A stretch of 64,000 nucleotides of DNA from Alphaproteobacteria bacterium (GCA_964291215.2 OZ219790.1:672001-736000), one strand, 5' to 3'. Positions 10,571-21,518 are shown, counted from the first letter of the stretch. The notes: generated by a model from the letters alone, not told the origin. Translations and numbers: made by a program.

Positions 10571-10617
10571 GGCTGGCCGCAGACAATCCGACCCCGGCAG
10601 ACCGTGAAGCCATCGCG

Positions 10618-11081
10618 ATGCGACCCACACAGCGTATATCGAGACATCGGTCGTGAGCTACCTGACCGCACGACCGGCGCGGGATGTAATCGTCGCGGCA
10701 TATCAGGAGATCGCCAGGGGGGGTGGCGCGACGCTCCTGACCGGTTTCTCGCGTCGGCCTGTCGTCGCGGAAGCTGGAGCGGGCGACCCTGAGGCTGCGC
10801 GCAGGCGGCTGGAGGCGCTCGAATCTGTCGCGTTTCTCGATGCGACACCGGAGGCGGAGAACCTCGCGCATTCTCTTATCGAAGCCGGCGCCGCGCCTCG
10901 GCAGGCCGCGGACGATGCAGCGCATATTGCCATCGCTGCTGCCAATGGCATCGACTTTCCGGTAACGTGGAACTTCCAGCATATCGCCAATACCGCAATG
11001 TGCACCAGCATCCAACAGGTTTGCTGCACGACGATAAAAACCGGCGCCAAGCCTTCCAACGAACGTGGCGTGGGGTCGTAG
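10618..11081 (+). pseudogene. PIN-domain (VapC-like) protein, frameshifted
   Basis: MRPT/AYIETSVVSYLTARPARD...DDAAHIAIAAANGIDFPVTWNFQHIAN; frameshifts near the N-terminus. Confidence 0.75.
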
Positions 11082-11230
11082 TGCGCTGTCTTGCGATGAC
11101 CATTGACATCGCACGCCAAACAGCAACATTCTCAGCAGCCGCGATCCGTCCAACAATTCCGTCGCATGCTGCATCCGACACCGGTTGGCGGTGCCCGGGG
11201 ACGCGGCGTTCAAGAGGCGATGAGGTGAAC

Positions 11231-12046
11231 ATGGTCCCCAACGGGCTGAAACGGAAATGGACCGATGGGCACGGCACGATCAATGGCTGGTTGTCAATCG
11301 GCAACGCGTTCAGCGCCGAGATCATGGGACAGCAGGGCTATGACAGCATCACGATCGACATCCAGCACGGATTTCTCGATTACGGCGATGCCCGGAGCAT
11401 GCTGCAGGCGCTGAGAGCCAGCGGCGTGACGTCCATGACTCGTGTCCCGTGGCTTGAGCCTGGCATCATCATGAAGGTCCTCGACGCCGGCGCCTACGGC
11501 GTGATCTGTCCTATGATCAACACCGCCGAACAAGCGGCAGCGCTTGTCGACTGCATGCGCTATCCGCCGCTCGGAAACCGGAGTTTCGGCCCAACGCGCG
11601 TGAACTTCGCGGCAGGAAGCGACTACGCGTCGGAAGCAAACGACAACATGCTCGCCTTCGCCATGATCGAGACCGCTGAGGGGCTCGCGAATGTCGAGGC
11701 GATCTGCGCAACTGCAGGGCTCGACGGCATCTATATCGGGCCGTCCGACCTTACGCTCAGCGTTACCTGCGGCCGACTGGCACCCGGGTTCGACCGCGAG
11801 GAACCCGAAATGATCGAGGCGATTCGCAAGATCCTTCAGGCGGCAAAGACTGCGGGCATACGCGCTGGTATACATTGCGGCACACCGGACTACGCGGCGC
11901 GCATGATCAGCTGGGGTTTCGACATGACGACAATCTCCGGCGACACACGGCTTCTCGCGGCTGCAGCGGCCGCGAGCGTCGGCGAGGCGCGCCGCCTGAT
12001 CGGACAGACACGCCGGGAAAGGGAGGGTAGCAAGGGCGAATGCTGA
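11231..12046 (+). CDS. HpcH/HpaI class II aldolase (GarL-like)
   Basis: IDIQHG, LDAGAYGVICPM, RYPPLGNRSFGP, MIETAEG, YIGPSDL. Confidence 0.9.
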   Translation: MVPNGLKRKWTDGHGTINGWLSIGNAFSAEIMGQQGYDSITIDIQHGFLDYGDARSMLQALRASGVTSMTRVPWLEPGIIMKVLDAGAYGVICPMINTAEQAAALVDCMRYPPLGNRSFGPTRVNFAAGSDYASEANDNMLAFAMIETAEGLANVEAICATAGLDGIYIGPSDLTLSVTCGRLAPGFDREEPEMIEAIRKILQAAKTAGIRAGIHCGTPDYAARMISWGFDMTTISGDTRLLAAAAAASVGEARRLIGQTRREREGSKGEC

Positions 12047-12386
12047 TGCTTCGCATCCTGATGCCGAGCAACTTTGGATGTCCGGCCGCGCCCTGCCCGA
12101 CCGTGCGGAGAGCTTCGTCTGCGATCACCTGCCAAACCCTGATCCAGCGGTCTGCGTCGCCCGGACCAGGGGAGTTATGCCCGCCATCCGTTCCCGCGCC
12201 TCAGAACATCCGACTGATGCAGCGCCCTCCGAGCGCTGACGGCGGATTGCAGGCGCAGTGCCTGCCCGGGTTACCCTCCCGGCCCTTCCCGGGTTCTATC
12301 GCGGAACATTGAGCGCAACGCCACCGCGGTCCCCGAGCGACCACGCCGCAAGCAATCCACACAGTTCAGCCATCAAGGAGATACCG

Positions 12387-13031
12387 ATGGACATCAAGCT
12401 CTACTATGCTCCCATAACCTGTGCTCTCGCACCCTACGTCACGCTCACCGAGGCTGGCGCCGAGTTCGAGGTGGAAACACTCGATTTCAAGAGGGAACAA
12501 CATAAATCACCGGAGTACCTGGCGATCAATCCGAAGCACAAGGTCCCGCTGCTCATGGTTGATGGAAGAAAATTGACCGAGAACGTGGCAATCCACCAAT
12601 GGGTGGCGCGCACCTTTCCCGAGGCCCGAATCCTGCCCGAGGACCCATGGCTCGAACTCCAGGCGGTATCGATGCTGTCCTGGTGCTCCGGCGGCATTCA
12701 TCCGTTCCTGAGTCGCATCAATGCACCGTCGAGAGTATGCCAGATTCGGGAAGCAGCCGATGATATCAAGCGGGCCGCAGCTGAAGCGATATACGAGAAT
12801 TTCGAGATCGCGGACAGGCTCCTTGACGGGCGCGACTATTTCTTCGATCATTTCACGGCTCCCGATGCGCACTTCTTCTGGTGCTTCCGACGCGCCACGC
12901 AGTTCGGTCTCGATCTCTCGCCCTTCGGAAATTGCCAGGCTCATTTCGACCGGATGCATTTGCGGGCGAGCGTCCAGAATGTCCTCGCCTTCGAAAAAGA
13001 GGCCCAGGCGCGACTTGTGGAAGCGGCCTGA
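12387..13031 (+). CDS. Glutathione S-transferase (beta-class-like)
   Basis: KLYYAPITCAL, INPKHKVPLL, LTENVAI; AAGGAG RBS. Confidence 0.9.
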   Translation: MDIKLYYAPITCALAPYVTLTEAGAEFEVETLDFKREQHKSPEYLAINPKHKVPLLMVDGRKLTENVAIHQWVARTFPEARILPEDPWLELQAVSMLSWCSGGIHPFLSRINAPSRVCQIREAADDIKRAAAEAIYENFEIADRLLDGRDYFFDHFTAPDAHFFWCFRRATQFGLDLSPFGNCQAHFDRMHLRASVQNVLAFEKEAQARLVEAA

Positions 13032-13045
13032 ACGTGGGGTAAGGC

Positions 13046-13747
13046 ATGGGTGCAGAAAAACCCGGTGAAGGTAGGGACGCGACACGGCGCATCCGGGTCT
13101 GGGACCGCCCGACGCGGATCTTTCACTGGGTGCTCGTCATACTGTTCGTGGTGTGCTTCATCAGCGGACGCCAAGAGCGCTTCGACGTTCACATTGTCGC
13201 TGGCCAGGCATTGCTGGTGCTCGTCGTCGCACGGGGGCTCTGGGGCCTCGTCGGCAGCGAGACCTCCCGGTTGCGCCGCCTCCTTCGTTCGCCCGCCGAG
13301 ATTGCGGCCTATCTCCGCGTCGTGTTTCGCCGCAAACCGGACCGCCATGCCGGCCACAATCCGCTCGGCGGCCTCTCGGTTCTGGCGATGCTAGCGGCGC
13401 TCCTCGCGCAGAGCGGCCTCGGTCTGTTCGCGGCAGATGTCGACGGGCTGCACGAAGGCCCGCTATCTTTCCTCGTGACCTACGATCTCGCCCGCGAGGC
13501 CGCAGAACTGCATGGGCTGGTCGTCGACATCCTGCTCGTACTCGTCGGCCTGCATCTCGCCGCGATCGTGTTCCACCTCCTCTACAAGCGGGAAAACCTC
13601 ACCGCCCCAATGGTAACCGGGCGCGCCGATGTCGCGGAGAAGTTCGAGGCGCCGCGCCTCGCTCCCGACAGCCGGGCGCTCCTGGTCCTCGCGGTTGCCG
13701 TCGTCGCGGTCGTCGGCGGAATCGAACTGGCCTCACTCATGTTGTAG
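13046..13747 (+). CDS. Cytochrome b (Ni/Fe-hydrogenase b-type-like) membrane protein
   Basis: VWDRPTRIFHW, GHNPLGG, heme His residues, four hydrophobic segments. Confidence 0.9.
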   Translation: MGAEKPGEGRDATRRIRVWDRPTRIFHWVLVILFVVCFISGRQERFDVHIVAGQALLVLVVARGLWGLVGSETSRLRRLLRSPAEIAAYLRVVFRRKPDRHAGHNPLGGLSVLAMLAALLAQSGLGLFAADVDGLHEGPLSFLVTYDLAREAAELHGLVVDILLVLVGLHLAAIVFHLLYKRENLTAPMVTGRADVAEKFEAPRLAPDSRALLVLAVAVVAVVGGIELASLML

Positions 13748-13782
13748 GCCCGCCGGGACGCCCTTCCCGGCGGCGGCCGGGC

Positions 13783-14268
13783 TCAGCGCTTGTCGCGGAA
13801 TACCCGATGGCAGCCCGAGCAACCACTCCTGCCCACATCCGCAAATGCGTCGCCGACCTTCTCCTTGTCGCCCGCCGCAAGCGCGGCGGCCAGGACCGCC
13901 GCCCTGTCCTCGAGCATCTTCGCGGCCCTCGTGAACGCGTCCCATTGCTGCCAGATCTCCGGCTTTGATTCTGAATCGGACAGCACGTCCATGCCAGTTC
14001 CCGCCGGAAACAGGGACGGTATCCCCGCCGCCGTCTTGGCGATCGAAGATGCCGCCTTTGCGGCGTCCTCGACCGAGCCGCGGCCGGCCGTGTAGAACTT
14101 GAGCGTCCGCATCGCGCCGCCCATGGATTTCATGGCTGCACTCCGCTCCCCTTGAACCTTCTTCGCTTCCTGTTCGTCGGCAACCCGCTCCGGAGCCGCT
14201 GCGGCAATGCCGAGGAATGCCGCGAGCAGCACGCCGGCGGTGCCGACCGATATCTTCAAGACTGACAT
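13783..14268 (-). CDS. Cytochrome c'/c556 (class II cytochrome c)
   Basis: Signal peptide, LFPAGT, PEIWQQWDAF, C-terminal CSGCH; convergent with the cytochrome b gene. Confidence 0.9.
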   Translation of the reverse strand: MSVLKISVGTAGVLLAAFLGIAAAAPERVADEQEAKKVQGERSAAMKSMGGAMRTLKFYTAGRGSVEDAAKAASSIAKTAAGIPSLFPAGTGMDVLSDSESKPEIWQQWDAFTRAAKMLEDRAAVLAAALAAGDKEKVGDAFADVGRSGCSGCHRVFRDKR

Positions 14269-14485
14269 AACACTATCTCCCACCCTCGCCGGGAATCTGC
14301 TGGCAGAGGCATCTCAGGCGCCACGAAAGGCCCGGAACACCACCCCGCGCGACATGGCACCATGTCTCGGGCACCGCGTTCCCGTGGCGTTTCTTCTAGC
14401 ACGGTCGCTGCGCGCCGAATACTCCTGCGGCATCGCTTCCTGTAACCGCGCAACCTCGGTGGAAGGCACGTAGCCGCAGGAGGAC

Positions 14486-14562
14486 CTAGTTTCCGGTTGC
14501 GATCGGATTTGCAGAGAATATTCGACACAATCCGAAATGTCTTCAGATCGAGCCGGAACCAG
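14486..14562. repeat. Imperfect intergenic palindromic element (~77 bp)
   Basis: ctagtttccggttgcgatcgga ... tcagatcgagccggaaccag imperfect inverted repeat. Confidence 0.3.
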
Positions 14563-14813
14563 TTGTTCTCATCGTCGGAAACCGACGATCCTCCGCCGAC
14601 GCGAATACGGGACGGCTCTCGAAATCGACCAATACCGAGCAGAGCAGGATTCGCCGCAGCGCTGGCGGAAGTCCGCCAGCGGGCAACCCCGACGGCGCAA
14701 TGGAATTCCTGTCCGGACAACCTATATTGTGCATTCTGAGGCCGAACCGCTCCGCATCCTGCGCTCGCATCCGCGGACGCCCGGTTCCGGCATTGCGAGG
14801 AGGACATTCCACT

Positions 14814-16157
14814 ATGAACGGCACACGCCAGCTCCACCTGAACGCCTTCATGCGCCCGGCGACCATTCACGCCGGTGGCTGGCGTTATCCGGGCGCCTAT
14901 GCCGACGCAAACTTCAACCTCAGGCACATGAAGTATTTCGCGACCCGCCTGGAAGATGGACGGTTCGACGGCATCTTTCTCGCCGATCACCTTGCCGTCC
15001 TGAATATGCCCGTCGAGGCCCTTCGCCGCTCGGTCACGCCGACCTCGTTCGAGCCTTTCACCCTCCTCTCGGCGCTCGCAATGATCACGAACCACATAGG
15101 CCTGCTGGCAACCGGCTCGACAACTTACGACGAGCCGTTCCACATCGCCCGCCGGTTCGCCTCGCTCGATCACCTCAGCGACGGGCGGGCCGGCTGGAAC
15201 ATCGTCACCACCTCGAATCCGGACGCGTCGAGAAATTTCGGGCGCGAAGAGCATCTGGAACACGGAGACCGCTACCGGCGGGCGCGCGAATTTCATGACG
15301 TGGTAACCGGCCTCTGGGACAGCTGGGCAGACGACGCCTTTGTCCGCGACCAGAAGCGCGGCATTCTGATGGAACCGGACCGCATGCATGTCCTCGATCA
15401 CCGTGGCGAATTCTTCAACGTCCGCGGACCGCTCAACATCGCGCGCCCGATCCAGGGTTGGCCGGTCATCGTCCAGGCCGGAGGATCGGACGCCGGACGC
15501 CAGCTCGCAGCCGAGACCGCGGAAGCCGTCTTCGCTGCCCAAGCCAATCTTGAGGCAGGCCAGGCGTTCTACAAGGATGTCAAGGGCCGCATGGCGGCAG
15601 TTGGACGCAATCCTGAATTTCTCAAGATCATGCCGGCCTGCCTCGTGGTGCTCGGTGACAGCGTCGAGGAGGCGCAGGCCAAGCGGGCGCGGCTCGATAG
15701 CCTGGTCCACGAGGAAAGCGCGATCGCCTCGCTGTCGATTGCTCTCGGGTGCGATGCTTCCGACTTTGACCTCGACGGCCCGCTGCCACCCATTCCCGAA
15801 AGCAATGCCACGAAATCCGGGCGGGAGCGCGCGATCGCACTCGCCGAGCGCGACGGGCTGACGGTGCGCCAGCTCGCGCAGCGCCTCGGCGGATATTCCG
15901 GCCTCGCGATGGTCGGCACCGCACGCACTGTCGCCGACGAGATGGAGGAATGGCTCGAGACCCGCGCCAGCGACGGCTTCACGATCATGTTCCCCTTCCT
16001 GCCCCAAGGGCTCGATGACGTCGTCGACCGGCTGATTCCCGAACTTCAGGACCGTGGCCTGTTCCGACAGGCCTACGAAGGCCAAACACTGCGCGAGGTT
16101 ATGGGCCTGCCGCGGCCCGAAAACAGGTTCTTCTCCGACCGACAAGCCGCCGAATAG
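14814..16157 (+). CDS. LLM-class FMN-dependent monooxygenase (NtaA/DszA/SnaA family)
   Basis: FDGIFLADHL, ARRFASLDHLSDGRAGWNIVT, QAGGSDAG; GAGGAGG RBS. Confidence 0.92.
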   Translation: MNGTRQLHLNAFMRPATIHAGGWRYPGAYADANFNLRHMKYFATRLEDGRFDGIFLADHLAVLNMPVEALRRSVTPTSFEPFTLLSALAMITNHIGLLATGSTTYDEPFHIARRFASLDHLSDGRAGWNIVTTSNPDASRNFGREEHLEHGDRYRRAREFHDVVTGLWDSWADDAFVRDQKRGILMEPDRMHVLDHRGEFFNVRGPLNIARPIQGWPVIVQAGGSDAGRQLAAETAEAVFAAQANLEAGQAFYKDVKGRMAAVGRNPEFLKIMPACLVVLGDSVEEAQAKRARLDSLVHEESAIASLSIALGCDASDFDLDGPLPPIPESNATKSGRERAIALAERDGLTVRQLAQRLGGYSGLAMVGTARTVADEMEEWLETRASDGFTIMFPFLPQGLDDVVDRLIPELQDRGLFRQAYEGQTLREVMGLPRPENRFFSDRQAAE

Positions 16158-16229
16158 GACGCGGCGACTGGCATTCCGGGGATCAATCCGCTAAGAAGCG
16201 CATCACGCCGACAGGGAGACGACCAGCAC

Positions 16230-17372
16230 ATGCTAGGACTGACCGACATCGATCCGGACGGCCTTCTCGAATACTCGGTGGTCTTCACCGACCGCTCGCT
16301 GAATCACATGTCCCGCAGTTTCCAGACGGTCATGAACGAGGTCTCGGGAGTCCTGCGCCAAGTGTACAATGGCCGTGCGGTGGCCTTGGTCCCTGGCGGC
16401 GGCACCTACGGCATGGAAGCGGTAGCGCGCCAGTTCGCCACCGGGCGCAAGTGTCTCGTTCTGCGCAACGGCTGGTTCAGCTACCGCTGGAGCCAGATCT
16501 TTGCCGCTGGCGCCATTCCTGCCAAGGAGATCGTGCTCAAGGCCCGGCCCGTGGAAGACGGCGAACAGGCGGCCTTCGCGCCCGCGCCGGTCGAGGAAGC
16601 GGTTCGCACGATCGACGAAGAAGCGCCAGACATCGTCTTCGCGCCGCACGTGGAGACGGCCTCGGGCATGATCCTTACCGACGACTACATGCAGGCGGTT
16701 GCAAACGCCACGCACCGCTCGGGCGGCCTCTTCGTGCTCGACTGCATCGCGTCGGGCGCGATGTGGGTCGACATGGAGCAGATCGGCGTCGACATTCTGA
16801 TCAGCGCTCCGCAGAAGGGCTGGAGCGCATCGCCCTGCAGCGCCCTCGTGCTCCTGTCCGAGCGGGCCCGGGATGCCATCGGGAGCACCACCAGTTCAAG
16901 TTTCGCCGCCGATCTGAGGAAATGGCTGCAGATCATGGAAGCCTACGAGGGTGGCGGGCACGCCTATCACGCGACCATGCCGACGGACGCCATCGTGCGC
17001 TTTCACAGCGCGATGAGGGAGACCGAGGCCTTCGGTTTCGACCGCGCCCGTGCAAACCAGCAGGCACTGGGATCCAGGGTCCGCAGGCTCTTTGCCGGCC
17101 GCGGATTCAGGAGCCTTGCCGCCCCGGGGTTCGAGGCGCCCGGCGTGGTCGTCAATTACACCGACGATCCCGATCTGCACAACGGCAGCAAGTTCGCTGC
17201 CGCCGGGCTGCAGACGGCAGCCGGAGTACCTCTGATGTGCGACGAGCCCGAGAGTTTCCGAACCTTCCGGGTAGGGCTCTTCGGGCTCGACAAACTTGGC
17301 AACATCGACCGCACCGTAGCCAGCCTCGAGACGGCGCTTGACCAGGCAGTCGGTACGGCAAATGTCCGCTAG
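16230..17372 (+). CDS. Class V aminotransferase (alanine-glyoxylate/serine-pyruvate type)
   Basis: PGGGTYGMEAVA, HVETASG, LDCIASG, SAPQKGW. Confidence 0.9.
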   Translation: MLGLTDIDPDGLLEYSVVFTDRSLNHMSRSFQTVMNEVSGVLRQVYNGRAVALVPGGGTYGMEAVARQFATGRKCLVLRNGWFSYRWSQIFAAGAIPAKEIVLKARPVEDGEQAAFAPAPVEEAVRTIDEEAPDIVFAPHVETASGMILTDDYMQAVANATHRSGGLFVLDCIASGAMWVDMEQIGVDILISAPQKGWSASPCSALVLLSERARDAIGSTTSSSFAADLRKWLQIMEAYEGGGHAYHATMPTDAIVRFHSAMRETEAFGFDRARANQQALGSRVRRLFAGRGFRSLAAPGFEAPGVVVNYTDDPDLHNGSKFAAAGLQTAAGVPLMCDEPESFRTFRVGLFGLDKLGNIDRTVASLETALDQAVGTANVR

Positions 17373-17411
17373 GCCGCGGCGCAAATGACCGCATAACGGG
17401 GTGATCAAGAG

Positions 17412-18617
17412 ATGGCTGACAGCTACATCCCTTATGGCAGTTACTGGAGCACTCCCTTCGCCAAGTGGCAGGGCGCCCTGAGTCACCTGAACTCGGTCGA
17501 GTTCGCTGCCCATGTCGCGCGCGCCGAACTCGAAGATCGGGACATCGAAGCGACGAGTTTCGACACCGCCATACTGGGCATCACCGTCCCCCAGCAAAAA
17601 TCGTTCTACGGAACGCCGTGGCTGACCGCCATGATCGGTGCCGACCGCCTGACCGGCCCCACCGTGAGCCAGGCCTGCGCGACCTCGGTCAGGTGCCTCC
17701 GGAACGCGCGCTCCGAGATCTCCAGCGGCACCGTGAACTCAGCGCTGGTCGTCACTGCCGACCGGACCTCGAACGGCCCGACGCTGTCCTTCCCCGACCC
17801 CACCGCGCCAGGCGCGCAACCGTCCAGCGAGCACTGGATCATCGATAATTTCAACCGCGATCCCTATGCCGGGCTTGCGATGGTCGAGACCGCGGAGAAT
17901 GTGGCCCGACGCTGGCAGATCACCACCGCCGAACAACACGATGTCGTACTGTGCCGCCACGAGCAGTACGGCCAGGCGACGGCCGACGACAATGCCTTCC
18001 ACAAGCGCTACATCAGGCTGCCCTTCGAGGTGCCGGACCGCCGGTTCCGAAAGACCGCCACAGTCCTCGACGGCGACGAGGGCATCTATCCGACGACCCC
18101 GGAAAAGCTCGCCTCGCTCAGGCCGGTCATTGCCGAAGGCACGGTCACCTTCGCCGGCCAGACCCACCCGGCCGACGGCAACACGGCGATGATCGTGACC
18201 ACCCGTGACCGCGCGCGCGAGATGTCGCGCGACCCCGGCATCGAGATCCGCGTCGCCGGCCTCGGCGAAGCGCGGACGGAAAAGGGGTACATGCCCCACG
18301 CCCCGGTGCTCGCGTCACAGAAGGCGCTTGATGACGCCGACATCGCGCTCGACGACGTCAGCGCCGTCAAGACCCACAATCCCTTTGCCGTGAACGATAT
18401 CGTGTTCTGCCGCGAGACCGGCCACGACATCGAACGGATGAACAATTTCGGCTGCTCGTTGATCTGGGGGCATCCACAGGGGCCAACTGGGCTTCGTGCC
18501 ATATGCGAACTGATCGAGGAACTGGTCCTGCTCGGCGGCGGCTACGGTCTGTTCAACGGCTGCGCCGCAGGCGACAGCGCAATGGCGGCCATCTTCCATG
18601 TTAACGATGTCGCCTGA
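17412..18617 (+). CDS. Thiolase family protein (atypical motif set)
   Basis: QACATS, KTHNPFA, GHPQGPTG, GCAAGD. Confidence 0.88.
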   Translation: MADSYIPYGSYWSTPFAKWQGALSHLNSVEFAAHVARAELEDRDIEATSFDTAILGITVPQQKSFYGTPWLTAMIGADRLTGPTVSQACATSVRCLRNARSEISSGTVNSALVVTADRTSNGPTLSFPDPTAPGAQPSSEHWIIDNFNRDPYAGLAMVETAENVARRWQITTAEQHDVVLCRHEQYGQATADDNAFHKRYIRLPFEVPDRRFRKTATVLDGDEGIYPTTPEKLASLRPVIAEGTVTFAGQTHPADGNTAMIVTTRDRAREMSRDPGIEIRVAGLGEARTEKGYMPHAPVLASQKALDDADIALDDVSAVKTHNPFAVNDIVFCRETGHDIERMNNFGCSLIWGHPQGPTGLRAICELIEELVLLGGGYGLFNGCAAGDSAMAAIFHVNDVA

Positions 18618-18669
18618 CGGCGATGCCTCAACTCCGGCGTCCGGCCGGATAAAACAAAGGCCCTGATCC

Positions 18670-20160
18670 ATGCTCAAGACCGGCGAACAGCATCTCGATT
18701 CACTACGCGACGGGCGTAGGGTCTATATCGGCAACGAACTGGTCGAGGACGTCACCGCGCACCCGGCGTTCCGGAACGCGGCACAGTCGTTCGCGATGAT
18801 CTACGACCGCAAGCGCGATCCAGAGAATGTCGATGTCATGGCTTACGAAGCCGACGACGGCGAGCTCTCCTCGAGTTGGTTTCTCAAGCCGAAGACGAAG
18901 GACGACCTGCGTCGACGCTCCGAGACCCATCGCCGGGTCGCCGAATGGTCCTACGGGCTGCTCGGCCGGTCGCCCGACCACGTAGCAAGCTTCGTGACCG
19001 GCCTGACTTTCCGCCACGATCTGTTCGACGACAACCGCAAGGGCGCCGGCGCCCATCTCGAAGCCTATTACGATGACATGCGGCACAACGACACCTTCGC
19101 CTGCTACACGGTGCTTCCACCCCAGGGAGCCCGCCAGCCGGAACTCTATCTGCGCGAGGGCCTCAAGGTACCGACGCTCCAGGTCACCGGTGAGGATTCG
19201 GACAGCGTGATCCTGAACGGGATGAAGATGCTCGGCACCTCGGCCGTCTTCGCCAACGAGACCTGGGTCGGCAACCTTCTGCCGCTCGGCGCGGACCAGG
19301 CGGCAGAGAGCGTTACCTGCGCCGTCCCGCTCAATGCGCCGGGGGTCACGATCTGGACCCGCAAACCGTTCGAACGGTACGCAATCTCCGAGTTCGACTC
19401 GCCATTTTCCTGGCGTTTCGACGAAACCGACGCGATGGTCCTGTTCGAGGATGTCAGGGTTCCATGGGAACGGGTATTCACCCACAATGATGCCCCGCTG
19501 TCGCGCGAGATCTATTTCCAGACGCCGAGCCACATCATGGGCAACCACCAGTCCAATGTCCGCTTTCACGAAAAGCTCAAGCTCCTGCTCGGCATTGCGC
19601 ACAAGTCGGCGGAACTGAACAACGTGCTTCAGGTTCCGGCGGTGCGAGACACGCTAGGCCGGCTGGCTGCCGGCGAAGCCGGCCTCGGCGCGATGATCGC
19701 CGGCCAGATCGAGGCCGCCGGGGAAATGGTTCCCGGTTACCTCAATGTGAACCTCCGCTATATGTACGGTGCGCTCCATTGGTGTACCCAGAACTACGCC
19801 GATATCTGCGAGATCGTGCGCGAACTGATGGGTGGCGGCCCGTTCCAGATGCCGGCCGATGTCTCGGTGATCGCCGACCCAGAACTCAAGGAGAAGTTCG
19901 AGACCTACTGGTCGGTTCCTGGCCAGTCAGCGGTCGAGCGCATGAAGTTCCTGAAACTGGGCTGGGACCTGCTCGGCAGCGACTTTGCCGGACGGCACCA
20001 GCAGTACGAGCGCTTCTATGCCGGTCCTGCCTTCATCAACACACTCTACAACTTCCTCAACTGCCCATGGCAGAACATGACCGACATCGTCGACGGCGCG
20101 CTGACCTCCTACGGGACGCCGCAAATCGAGCAGGTGCGCCGCCCGCTCGCCGCGGAGTGA
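18670..20160 (+). CDS. 4-hydroxyphenylacetate 3-hydroxylase (HpaB) family flavin monooxygenase
   Basis: SLRDGRRVYI, GRSPDHVA, RFDETDAM, RHQQYERFYAG. Confidence 0.9.
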   Translation: MLKTGEQHLDSLRDGRRVYIGNELVEDVTAHPAFRNAAQSFAMIYDRKRDPENVDVMAYEADDGELSSSWFLKPKTKDDLRRRSETHRRVAEWSYGLLGRSPDHVASFVTGLTFRHDLFDDNRKGAGAHLEAYYDDMRHNDTFACYTVLPPQGARQPELYLREGLKVPTLQVTGEDSDSVILNGMKMLGTSAVFANETWVGNLLPLGADQAAESVTCAVPLNAPGVTIWTRKPFERYAISEFDSPFSWRFDETDAMVLFEDVRVPWERVFTHNDAPLSREIYFQTPSHIMGNHQSNVRFHEKLKLLLGIAHKSAELNNVLQVPAVRDTLGRLAAGEAGLGAMIAGQIEAAGEMVPGYLNVNLRYMYGALHWCTQNYADICEIVRELMGGGPFQMPADVSVIADPELKEKFETYWSVPGQSAVERMKFLKLGWDLLGSDFAGRHQQYERFYAGPAFINTLYNFLNCPWQNMTDIVDGALTSYGTPQIEQVRRPLAAE

Positions 20161-20187
20161 CGACGACGGCAGGAGCGATGCCGACCG

Positions 20188-20748
20188 CTATTCCGTCCCG
20201 TCAAGACGATGGCGGGAAATCAGCGGAATCTGGATCAGCATGAAGACGAACGTGATCGCGAGAATGCCGAACACCTTGAATGAAATCCAGACGTCCGTTG
20301 ACTGGGTCCGCCAGACAATTTCGTTGACCGCCGCCATGGCGAGGAAGAAAGCCGCGAAGTTGCGGGTGAGCTTGCGCCAGCCGGCATCGTTCATCGACCA
20401 GGCAGACCCCAGAACCGGCCTGAGCAGCGGCCTGCCGAACAGCAGGCCGCCGAACAGCACTGCGGCGATCAGGCCCTGAACGATGGTCGGCTTCATCTTG
20501 ATGAACATCTCGTCGTTGAGAATCAGCGTGAGTGCGCCGAACACCCCGACCACCACCGCCGTGATCACCGGCAGCACAGGGACCCGGCGGTTGACCACGA
20601 GCGAGACCGCGAGCGCGACTGCGGTCGCAGCCATCAGCGCCGCCGTCGCGACAAACAGGTCCCAGCCCACATAGGCGAGAAAGAACGCCGCCAGTGGGAC
20701 ATAGTCGCTGAACGCCTTGACCCGGGGATCTTCCTTGCTTTCCGCCAT
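20188..20748 (-). CDS. yciB: Inner membrane/intracellular septation protein YciB (IspZ)
   Basis: FIKMKPTI, NEIVWR, WISFKVFG. Confidence 0.9.
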   Translation of the reverse strand: MAESKEDPRVKAFSDYVPLAAFFLAYVGWDLFVATAALMAATAVALAVSLVVNRRVPVLPVITAVVVGVFGALTLILNDEMFIKMKPTIVQGLIAAVLFGGLLFGRPLLRPVLGSAWSMNDAGWRKLTRNFAAFFLAMAAVNEIVWRTQSTDVWISFKVFGILAITFVFMLIQIPLISRHRLDGTE

Positions 20749-20865
20749 GTCTCGTTCCCGTCTCTCCAGCGCCGCTGATTCGGACGCAACGCCGCAACCG
20801 CCATGGAACCTGCCGTACCGCAGGCATCTTTTCCACTGCCCCGCCGGACAGCGAAGGCCTTCGTT

Positions 20866-21351
20866 ATGAGCAAAAATGTCAAGGATGTCGAACCTGGCCC
20901 GATCGCCGCGACCTGGTTCGAGGACATACGGATCGGCGACAGCGCCCGGGCCGGGCCAATCACGGTGACCGCCGAGGAAATCACGACGTTCGCCGCACGC
21001 TACGACCCTCTGCCCATGCATGTCACCGATACCGGCGGCAAAGCCAGCGTCCATGACAGCATCATCGCCTCGGGCGTACTGACGGTAGCGCTCAAGCAGC
21101 GCATGATCATGAGCATCGAACGAAACACCGCGATCATCGGGGCAGCAAGAATTGAAAATCAGAATTTTCTACACCCGGTCCGCGCCGGCGACGAACTCTC
21201 GCTGCAGGTCACATGCATTGCCAAGCGGGAGTCACGAACGCGCCCCGACCGCGGCCTCGCCACCTGGGACTTCGCAGTCTCGAACCAGCACGGCGACACG
21301 GTGTTCACGTCCCGCGACACCGTCATGATGCGGCGCCGGCCCGCTGGCTGA
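20866..21351 (+). CDS. MaoC/PaaZ-type hot-dog dehydratase
   Basis: FAARYDPLPMH, IASG, FLHPVRAGD; start codon uncertain. Confidence 0.85.
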   Translation: MSKNVKDVEPGPIAATWFEDIRIGDSARAGPITVTAEEITTFAARYDPLPMHVTDTGGKASVHDSIIASGVLTVALKQRMIMSIERNTAIIGAARIENQNFLHPVRAGDELSLQVTCIAKRESRTRPDRGLATWDFAVSNQHGDTVFTSRDTVMMRRRPAG

Positions 21352-21518
21352 CGCGCCCTGCCTTTACACCGTCCGGACAGGCGGCTACGCTCACCTTGAC
21401 CGGTCGCCCGGATCCGTGGTCGTGATCGACAACCCGCCTTTCCGCTCCATCGAGGTACCTCCATGGCCACATCGGCGTCGCCGCGGTTCCAGGAACTGCG
21501 GCATCCGCAAGCGACGTC

